Source: Eledone cirrhosa (taxonomy: Eukaryota). From it: DNA of 64,000 nt. The stretch's first letter is position 1, and the number at the start of each line of letters is the position of its first letter. Shown piece after piece: positions 1 through 10,600 of this stretch. The notes beneath the pieces were generated by a model. That model had not been told where the DNA came from and ran no database searches. It worked only from the letters and a program-made list of their open reading frames with translations. Where the stretch lies: contig OZ024742.1 of NCBI GenBank assembly GCA_964016885.1, positions 341,744,001-341,808,000 on the forward strand, in the 5' to 3' direction. Made by a program: the position numbers and the translations under genes.

Positions 1-2130
1 TGTTCTATCGAGAGTGTTAGCTTCATTACAATATTTAGTAAAACCCTGTTTCACTCTACTCGGTACATTAGTGTTCTATCGAGAGTGTTAGCTTCATTAC
101 AATATTTAGTAAAACCCTGTTTCACTCTACACGGTACATCAGTGTTCTATCGAGAGTGTTAGCTTCATTACAATATTTAGTAAAACCCTGTTTCACTCTA
201 CACGGTACATTAGTGCTCTATCGAGAGTGTTAGCTTTACAACAATATTTATTAAAACCCTGTTTCACTCTACACGGTACACCAGTGCCCTATCGGGAGTG
301 TTAGCTTCATTACAATATTTAGTAAAACCCTGTTTCACTCTACACGGTATATCAGTGTTCTATCGAGAGTGTTAGCTTCATTACAATATTTAGTAAAGCC
401 CTGTTTCACTCTACACGGTACATCAGTGTTCTATCGAGAGTGTTAGCTTCATTACAATATTTAGTAAAATCCTGTTTCACTCTACACGGTACATCAGTGT
501 TCTATCGAGAGTGTTAGCTTCATTACAATATTTAGTAAAACCCTGTTTCACTCTACACGGTACATTAGTGCTCTATCGAGAGTGTTAGCTTTATAACAAT
601 ATTTATTAAAACCCTGTTTTACTCTACACGGTACATCAGTGTTCTATCGAGAGTGTTAGCTTTATAACAGTATTTATTAAAACCCTGTTTCATTCTACAC
701 GGTACATCAGTGTTCTATCGAGAGTGTTAGCTTCATTACAGTATTTAGTAAAACCCTGTTTCACTCTACACGGTACATCAGTGTTCTATCGAGAGTGTAG
801 CTTCATTACAATATTTATTAAAACCCTGTTTCACTCTACACGGTACATCAGTGTTCTATCGAGAGTGTTAGCTTCATTACAATATTTATTAAAACCCTGT
901 TTCACTCTACACGGTACACCAGTCTTCTATGGAGAGTGTTAACTTCATTACAATATTTATTAAAACCCTGTTTCACTCTACACGGTACATCAGTGTTCTA
1001 TCGAGAGTGTTAGCTTCATTACAATATTTATTTAAACCCTGTTTCACTCTACACGGTACACCAGTGTTCTATCGAGAGTGTTAGCTTCATTACAATATTT
1101 AGTAAAACCCTGTTTCACTCTACTCGGTACATTAGTGTTCTATCGAGAGTGTTAGCTTCATTACAATATTTAGTAAAACCCTGTTTCACTCTACACGGTA
1201 CATCAGTGTTCTATCGAGAGTGTTAGCTTCATTACAATATTTAGTAAAACCCTGTTTCACTCTACACGGTACATTAGTGCTCTATCGAGAGTGTTAGCTT
1301 TACAACAATATTTATTAAAACCCTGTTTCACTCTACACGGTACACCAGTGCCCTATCGGGAGTGTTAGCTTCATTACAATATTTAGTAAAACCCTGTTTC
1401 ACTCTACACGGTATATCAGTGTTCTATCGAGAGTGTTAGCTTCATTACAATATTTAGTAAAACCCTGTTTCACTCTACACGGTACATCAGTGTTCTATCG
1501 AGAGTGTTAGCTTCATTACAATATTTAGTAAAATCCTGTTTCACTCTACACGGTACATCAGTGTTCTATCGAGAGTGTTAGCTTCCTTACAATATTTAGT
1601 AAAACCCTGTTTCACTCTACACGGTACATTAGTGCTCTATCGAGAGTGTTAGCTTTATAACAATATTTATTAAAACCCTGTTTTACTCTACACGGTACAT
1701 CAGTGCTCTATCGAGAGTGTTAGCTTTATAACAGTATTTATTAAAACCCTGTTTCATTCTACACGGTACATCAGTGTTCTATCGAGAGTGTTAGCTTCAT
1801 TACAGTATTTAGTAAAACCCTGTTTCACTCTACACGGTACATCAGTGTTCTATCGAGAGTGTAGCTTCATTACAATATTTATTAAAACCCTGTTTCACTC
1901 TACACGGTACATCAGTGTTCTATCGAGAGTGTTAGCTTCATTACAATATTTATTAAAACCCTGTTTCACTCTACACGGTACACCAGTCTTCTATGGAGAG
2001 TGTTAACTTCATTACAATATTTATTAAAACCCTGTTTCACTCTACACGGTACATCAGTGTTCTATCGAGAGTGTTAGCTTCATTACAATATTTATTTAAA
2101 CCCTGTTTCACTCTACACGGTACATCAGTG
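1..2130. repeat. 15-monomer HOR (1,064 bp), two adjacent sub-versions A and B
   Basis: Marker CTACTCGG at 56 and 1120; identical ORFs at 724 and 1788. The offset 1064 = 15x71-1. Version A carries TAAAGCCC (~395) and version B carries GCTTCCTTA (~1581). Confidence 0.92.
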
Positions 2131-3405
2131 CCCTATCGAGAGTATTAACTTCATTACAATTTTTAGTAAAACCCTGTTTCACTCTACACGGTACATCAGT
2201 GCTCTATCGAGAGCGTTAGCTTCTTTACAATATTTATTAAAACCCTGTTTCACTCTACACGGTACATCAATGTTCTATCGAGAGTTTTAGCTTCATTACA
2301 ATATTTATTAAAACCCTGTTTCACTCTACACGGTACACCAGTGCCCTATCGGGAGTGTTAGCTTCATTACAATATTTAGTAAAACCCTGTTTCACTCTAC
2401 ACGGTACATCAGTGTTCTATCGAGAGTGTTATCTTCATTACTATATTTAGTAAAACCCTGTTTCACTCTACACGGTACATCAGTGTTCTATTGAGAGTGT
2501 TAGCTTCATTACAATATTTAGTAAAACCTTGTTTCACTCTACACGATACACCAATCTTCTATGGAGAGTGTTAACTTCATTACAATATTTATTAAAACCC
2601 TGGTTCACTCTACACGGTACATCAGTGTTCTATCGAGAGTGTTAGCTTCATTACCATATTTAGTAAAACCCTGTTTCACTCTACACGGTACATCAGTGTT
2701 CTATCGAGAGTGTTAGCTTTATAACAATATTTAGTAAAACCCTGTTTCACTCTACACGGTACATCAGTGCTCTATCGAGTGTGTTAGCTTCATTACAATA
2801 TTTATTAAAACCCTGTTTCACTCTACACGGTACATCAGTGTTCTATCGAGAGTGTAGCTTCATTACAATATTTATTAAAACCCTGTTTCACTCTACACGG
2901 TACATCAGTGCTCTATCGAGAGTGTTAGCTTCATTACAATATTTAGTAAAACCCTGTTTCACTCTACACGGTACATCAGTGCTCTATCGAGAGTGTTAGC
3001 TTCATTACAATATTTATTAAAACCCTGTTTCACTCTACACGGTACATCAGTGCTCTATCGAGAGTGGTAGCTTTATAACAATATTTATTAAAACCCTGTT
3101 TCACTCTACACGGTAGATCAGTGTTCTATCGAGAGTGTTAGCTTCATTACAATATTTAGTAAAACCATGTTTCGCTCTACACGGTACACCAGTGTTCTAT
3201 CGAGAGTGTTAGCTTCATTACAATATTTAGTAAAACCCTGTTTCACTCTACACGGTACATCAGTGTTCTATCGAGAGTGTTAGCTTCATTACAATATTTA
3301 GTAAAACCCTGTTTCACTCTACACGGTACACCAGTCTTCTATGGGGAGTGTTAACTTCATTACAATATTTATTAAAACCCTGTTTCACTCTACACGGTAC
3401 ACCAG

Positions 3406-6400
3406 TGTTCTATCGAGAGTGTTAGCTTCATTACAATATTTAGTAAAACCCTGTTTCACTCTACTCGGTACATTAGTGTTCTATCGAGAGTGTTAGCTTC
3501 ATTACAATATTTAGTAAAACCCTGTTTCACTCTACACGGTACATCAGTGTTCTATCGAGAGTGTTAGCTTCATTACAATATTTAGTAAAACCCTGTTTCA
3601 CTCTACACGGTACATTAGTGCTCTATCGAGAGTGTTAGCTTTACAACAATATTTATTAAAACCCTGTTTCACTCTACACGGTACACCAGTGCCCTATCGG
3701 GAGTGTTAGCTTCATTACAATATTTAGTAAAACCCTGTTTCACTCTACACGGTATATCAGTGTTCTATCGAGAGTGTTAGCTTCATTACAATATTTAGTA
3801 AAGCCCTGTTTCACTCTACACGGTACATCAGTGTTCTATCGAGAGTGTTAGCTTCATTACAATATTTAGTAAAATCCTGTTTCACTCTACACGGTACATC
3901 AGTGTTCTATCGAGAGTGTTAGCTTCATTACAATATTTAGTAAAACCCTGTTTCACTCTACACGGTACATTAGTGCTCTATCGAGAGTGTTAGCTTTATA
4001 ACAATATTTATTAAAACCCTGTTTTACTCTACACGGTACATCAGTGTTCTATCGAGAGTGTTAGCTTTATAACAGTATTTATTAAAACCCTGTTTCATTC
4101 TACACGGTACATCAGTGTTCTATCGAGAGTGTTAGCTTCATTACAGTATTTAGTAAAACCCTGTTTCACTCTACACGGTACATCAGTGTTCTATCGAGAG
4201 TGTAGCTTCATTACAATATTTATTAAAACCCTGTTTCACTCTACACGGTACATCAGTGTTCTATCGAGAGTGTTAGCTTCATTACAATATTTATTAAAAC
4301 CCTGTTTCACTCTACACGGTACACCAGTCTTCTATGGAGAGTGTTAACTTCATTACAATATTTATTAAAACCCTGTTTCACTCTACACGGTACATCAGTG
4401 TTCTATCGAGAGTGTTAGCTTCATTACAATATTTATTTAAACCCTGTTTCACTCTACACGGTACACCAGTGTTCTATCGAGAGTGTTAGCTTCATTACAA
4501 TATTTAGTAAAACCCTGTTTCACTCTACTCGGTACATTAGTGTTCTATCGAGAGTGTTAGCTTCATTACAATATTTAGTAAAACCCTGTTTCACTCTACA
4601 CGGTACATCAGTGTTCTATCGAGAGTGTTAGCTTCATTACAATATTTAGTAAAACCCTGTTTCACTCTACACGGTACATTAGTGCTCTATCGAGAGTGTT
4701 AGCTTTACAACAATATTTATTAAAACCCTGTTTCACTCTACACGGTACACCAGTGCCCTATCGGGAGTGTTAGCTTCATTACAATATTTAGTAAAACCCT
4801 GTTTCACTCTACACGGTATATCAGTGTTCTATCGAGAGTGTTAGCTTCATTACAATATTTAGTAAAACCCTGTTTCACTCTACACGGTACATCAGTGTTC
4901 TATCGAGAGTGTTAGCTTCATTACAATATTTAGTAAAATCCTGTTTCACTCTACACGGTACATCAGTGTTCTATCGAGAGTGTTAGCTTCCTTACAATAT
5001 TTAGTAAAACCCTGTTTCACTCTACACGGTACATTAGTGCTCTATCGAGAGTGTTAGCTTTATAACAATATTTATTAAAACCCTGTTTTACTCTACACGG
5101 TACATCAGTGCTCTATCGAGAGTGTTAGCTTTATAACAGTATTTATTAAAACCCTGTTTCATTCTACACGGTACATCAGTGTTCTATCGAGAGTGTTAGC
5201 TTCATTACAATATTTAGTAAAACCCTGTTTCACTCTACACGGTACATTAGTGCTCTATCGAGAGTGTTAGCTTTACAACAATATTTATTAAAACCCTGTT
5301 TCACTCTACACGGTACACCAGTGCCCTATCGGGAGTGTTAGCTTCATTACAATATTTAGTAAAACCCTGTTTCACTCTACACGGTATATCAGTGTTCTAT
5401 CGAGAGTGTTAGCTTCATTACAATATTTAGTAAAGCCCTGTTTCACTCTACACGGTACATCAGTGTTCTATCGAGAGTGTTAGCTTCATTACAATATTTA
5501 GTAAAATCCTGTTTCACTCTACACGGTACATCAGTGTTCTATCGAGAGTGTTAGCTTCATTACAATATTTAGTAAAACCCTGTTTCACTCTACACGGTAC
5601 ATTAGTGCTCTATCGAGAGTGTTAGCTTTATAACAATATTTATTAAAACCCTGTTTTACTCTACACGGTACATCAGTGTTCTATCGAGAGTGTTAGCTTT
5701 ATAACAGTATTTATTAAAACCCTGTTTCATTCTACACGGTACATCAGTGTTCTATCGAGAGTGTTAGCTTCATTACAGTATTTAGTAAAACCCTGTTTCA
5801 CTCTACACGGTACATCAGTGTTCTATCGAGAGTGTAGCTTCATTACAATATTTATTAAAACCCTGTTTCACTCTACACGGTACATCAGTGTTCTATCGAG
5901 AGTGTTAGCTTCATTACAATATTTATTAAAACCCTGTTTCACTCTACACGGTACACCAGTCTTCTATGGAGAGTGTTAACTTCATTACAATATTTATTAA
6001 AACCCTGTTTCACTCTACACGGTACATCAGTGTTCTATCGAGAGTGTTAGCTTCATTACAATATTTATTTAAACCCTGTTTCACTCTACACGGTACACCA
6101 GTGTTCTATCGAGAGTGTTAGCTTCATTACAATATTTAGTAAAACCCTGTTTCACTCTACTCGGTACATTAGTGTTCTATCGAGAGTGTTAGCTTCATTA
6201 CAATATTTAGTAAAACCCTGTTTCACTCTACACGGTACATCAGTGTTCTATCGAGAGTGTTAGCTTCATTACAATATTTAGTAAAACCCTGTTTCACTCT
6301 ACACGGTACATTAGTGCTCTATCGAGAGTGTTAGCTTTACAACAATATTTATTAAAACCCTGTTTCACTCTACACGGTACACCAGTGCCCTATCGGGAGT

Positions 6401-7340
6401 GTTAGCTTCATTACAATATTTAGTAAAACCCTGTTTCACTCTACACGGTATATCAGTGTTCTATCGAGAGTGTTAGCTTCATTACAATATTTAGTAAAAC
6501 CCTGTTTCACTCTACACGGTACATCAGTGTTCTATCGAGAGTGTTAGCTTCATTACAATATTTAGTAAAATCCTGTTTCACTCTACACGGTACATCAGTG
6601 TTCTATCGAGAGTGTTAGCTTCCTTACAATATTTAGTAAAACCCTGTTTCACTCTACACGGTACATTAGTGCTCTATCGAGAGTGTTAGCTTTATAACAA
6701 TATTTATTAAAACCCTGTTTTACTCTACACGGTACATCAGTGCTCTATCGAGAGTGTTAGCTTTATAACAGTATTTATTAAAACCCTGTTTCATTCTACA
6801 CGGTACATCAGTGTTCTATCGAGAGTGTTAGCTTCATTACAGTATTTAGTAAAACCCTGTTTCACTCTACACGGTACATCAGTGTTCTATCGAGAGTGTA
6901 GCTTCATTACAATATTTATTAAAACCCTGTTTCACTCTACACGGTACATCAGTGTTCTATCGAGAGTGTTAGCTTCATTACAATATTTATTAAAACCCTG
7001 TTTCACTCTACACGGTACACCAGTCTTCTATGGAGAGTGTTAACTTCATTACAATATTTATTAAAACCCTGTTTCACTCTACACGGTACATCAGTGTTCT
7101 ATCGAGAGTGTTAGCTTCATTACAATATTTATTTAAACCCTGTTTCACTCTACACGGTACATCAGTGCCCTATCGAGAGTATTAACTTCATTACAATTTT
7201 TAGTAAAACCCTGTTTCACTCTACACGGTACATCAGTGCTCTATCGAGAGCGTTAGCTTCTTTACAATATTTATTAAAACCCTGTTTCACTCTACACGGT
7301 ACATCAATGTTCTATCGAGAGTTTTAGCTTCATTACAATA
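3406..7340. repeat. Second run of the 15-mer A/B HOR with a 7-monomer deletion (effective 1,632-bp period)
   Basis: CTACTCGG at 3461, 4525 and 6157. AAAGCCC at ~3800 and ~5432, and CTTCCTTA at ~4987 and ~6619 (offset 1632). ORFs at 4129, 5761 and 6825. The tail AGTATTAAC at ~2141 recurs at ~7178 (offset 5037). Confidence 0.88.
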
Positions 7341-7600
7341 TTTAGTAAAACCCTGTTTCACTCTACACGGTACATCAGTGTTCTATCGAGAGTGTAGCTT
7401 CATTACAATATTCATTAAAACCCTGTTTCACTCTACACGGTACATCAGTGCTCTATCGTGAGTTTTAGCTTCATTACAATATTTAGTAAAACCCTGTTTC
7501 ACTCTACACGGTACATCAGTGCTCTATCGAGGGTGTTAGCTTCATTACAATATTTATTAAAACCCTGTTTCACTCTACACGGTACACCAGTGTTCTATCA

Positions 7601-10600
7601 AGAGTGTTAGCTTCATTACAATATTTAGTAAAACCCTGTTTCACTCTACACGGTACATCAGTGTTCTATCGAGAGAGTTAGCTTCATTACAATATTTAGT
7701 AAAACCCTGTTTCACTCTACACGTTACACCAGTCTTATATGGAGAGTGTTAACTTCATTACAATATTTATTAAAACCCTGTTTCACTCTACACGGTATAT
7801 CAGTGTTCTATCGAGAGTGTTAGCTTCATTACAATATTTAGTAAAACCCTGTTTCACTCTACACGGTACACCAGTCTTCTATGGAGAGTGTTAACTTCAT
7901 TACAATATTTATTAAAACCCTGTTTCACTCTACACGGTACATCAGTGTTCTATCGAGAGTGTTAGCTTCATTACAATATTTAGTAAAACCCTGTTTCACT
8001 CTACACGGTACATCAGTGTTCTATCGAGAGTGTTAGCTTCATTACAATATTTAGTAAAACCCTGTTTCCCTCTACACGGTACATCAGTGCTCTATCGAGA
8101 GTGTTAGCTTCATTACAATATTTAGTAAAACCCTGTTTCACTCTACACGGTACATCAGTGCTCTATCGAGAGTGTTAGCTTCATTACAATATTTATTATA
8201 ACACTGTTTCACTCTACACGGTACATCAGTGCTCTATCGAGAGTGGTAGCTTTATAACAATATTTATTAAAAACCTGTTTCACTCTACACGGTAGATCAG
8301 TGTTCTATCGAGAGTGTTAGCTTCATTACAATATTTAGTAAAACCATGTTTCACTCTACACGGTACACCAGTGTTCTATCGAGAGTGTTAGCTTCATTAC
8401 AATATTTAGTAAAACCATGTTTCACTCTACACGGTACACCAGTCTTCTATGGGGAGTGTTAACTTCATTACAATATTTATTAAAACCCTGTTTCACTCTA
8501 CACGGTACATCAGTGTTCTATCGAGAGTGTTAGCTTCATTACAATATTTAGTAAAACCCTGTTTCACTATACATGGTACACCAGTCTTCTATGGAGAGTG
8601 TTAACTTCATTACAATATTTATTAAAACCCTGTTTCACTCTACACGGTACACCAGTGTTCTATCGAGAGTGTTAGCTTCATTACAATATTTATTAAAACC
8701 CTGTTTCACTCTACACGGTACACCAGTGCCCTATCGGGAGTGTTAGCTTCATTACAATATTTAGTAAAACCCTGTTTCACTCTACACGGTACATCAGTGT
8801 TCTATCGAGAGTGTTATCTTCATTACAATATTTAGTAAAACCCTGTTTCACTCTACACGGTACATCAGTGTTCTATCGAGAGTGTTAGCTTCATTACAAT
8901 ATTTAGTAAAATCCTGTTTCACTCTACACGGTACATCAGTGTTCTATCGAGAGTGTTAGCTTCATTACAATATTTAGTAAAACCCTGTTTCACTCTACAC
9001 GGTACATTAGTGCTCTATCGAGAGTGTTAGCTTTATAACAATATTTATTAAAACCCTGTTTCACTCTACACGGTACACCAGTGCTCTATCGAGAGTGTTA
9101 GCTTTATAACAATATTTATTAAAACCCTGTTTCATTCTACACGGTACATCAGTGTTCTATCGAGAGTGTTAGCTTCATTACAGTATTTAGTAAAACCCTG
9201 TTTCACTCTACACGGTACATCAGTGTTCTATCGAGAGTGTAGCTTCATTACAATATTTATTAAAACCCTGTTTCACTCTACACGGTACATCAGTGTTCTA
9301 TCGAGAGTGTTAGCTTCATTACAATATTTATTAAAACCCTGTTTCACTCTACACGGTACATCAGTGTTCTATCGAGAGTGTTAGCTTCATTACAATATTT
9401 ATTAAAACCCTGTTTCACTCTACACGGTACACCAGTCTTCTATGGAGAGTGTTAACTTCATTACAATATTTATTAAAACCCTGTTTCACTCTACACGGTA
9501 CATCAGTGTTCTATCGAGAGTGTTAGCTTCATTACAATATTTAGTAAAACCCTGTTTCACTATACACGGTACACCAGTCTTCTATGGAGAGCGTTAACTT
9601 CATTACAATATTTATTAAAATCCTGTTTCACTCTACACGGTACACCAGTGTTCTAGCGAGAGTGTTAGCTTCATAACCATATTTATTAAAACCCTGTTTC
9701 ATTCTACACGGTACACAAGTGTTCTATCGAGAGTGTAGCTTCATTACAATATTTATTAAAACCCTGTTTCACTCTACACGGTACATCAGTGCCCTATCGA
9801 GAGTGTTAACTTCATTACAATTTTTAGTAAAACCCTGTTTCACTCTACACGGTACATCAGTGCTCTATCGAGAACGTTAGCTTCTTTACAATATTTATTA
9901 AAACCCTGTTTCACTCTACACGGTACATCAGTGTTCTATCGAGAGTGTTAGCTTCATTACAATATTTAGTAAAACCATGTTTCACTCTACACGGTACACC
10001 AGTGTTCTATCGAGAGTGTTAGCTTCATTACAATATTTAGTAAAACCCTGTTTCACTCTACACGGTACACCAGTCTTCTATGGGGAGTGTTAACTTCATT
10101 ACAATATTTATTAAAACCCTCTTTCACTCTACACGGTACATCAGTGTTCTATCGAGAGTGTTAGCTTCATTACAATATTTAGTAAAACCCTGTTTCACTA
10201 TACATGGTACACCAGTCTTCTATGGTGAGTGTTAACTTCATTACAATATTTATTAAAACCCTGTTTCACTCTACACGGTACACCAGTGTTCTATCGAGAG
10301 TGTTAGCTTCATTACAATATTTATTAAAACCCTGTTTCACTCTACACGGTACACCAGTGCCCTATCGGGAGTGTTAGCTTCATTACAATATTTAGTAAAA
10401 CCCTGTTTCACTCTACACGGTACATCAGTGTTCTATCGAGAGTGTTATCTTCATTACAATATTTAGTAAAACCCTGTTTCACTCTACACGGTACATCAGT
10501 GTTCTATCGAGAGTGTTAGCTTCATTACAATATTTAGTAAAATCCTGTTTCACTCTACACGGTACATCAGTGTTCTATCGAGAGTGTTAGCTTCATTACA

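Noticed and set aside
39-48. Telomere-like TAAAACCCT (resembles plant TAAACCC or algal TAAAACCC repeats)
   Set aside because: It occurs once per monomer and never in tandem; a single 8-mer is too short to support a telomeric origin.
82-129. tRNA-like unit (71-nt length; AGAGTG/CACTCT could be an acceptor stem; GAGTGTAGCTT resembles the 5' end of some mitochondrial tRNAs)
   Set aside because: The stem encloses only 35 nt. There is no D or T arm, no canonical 5-bp/7-nt anticodon arm, and GTTCTATC does not match the B-box GTTCRANNC.
130-145. C/D-box snoRNA motifs on the minus strand (CUGA, UGAUG)
   Set aside because: The two motifs overlap in the same 7 nt, the C box is imperfect (UGAUGU), and no terminal stem with separate C and D boxes is present.
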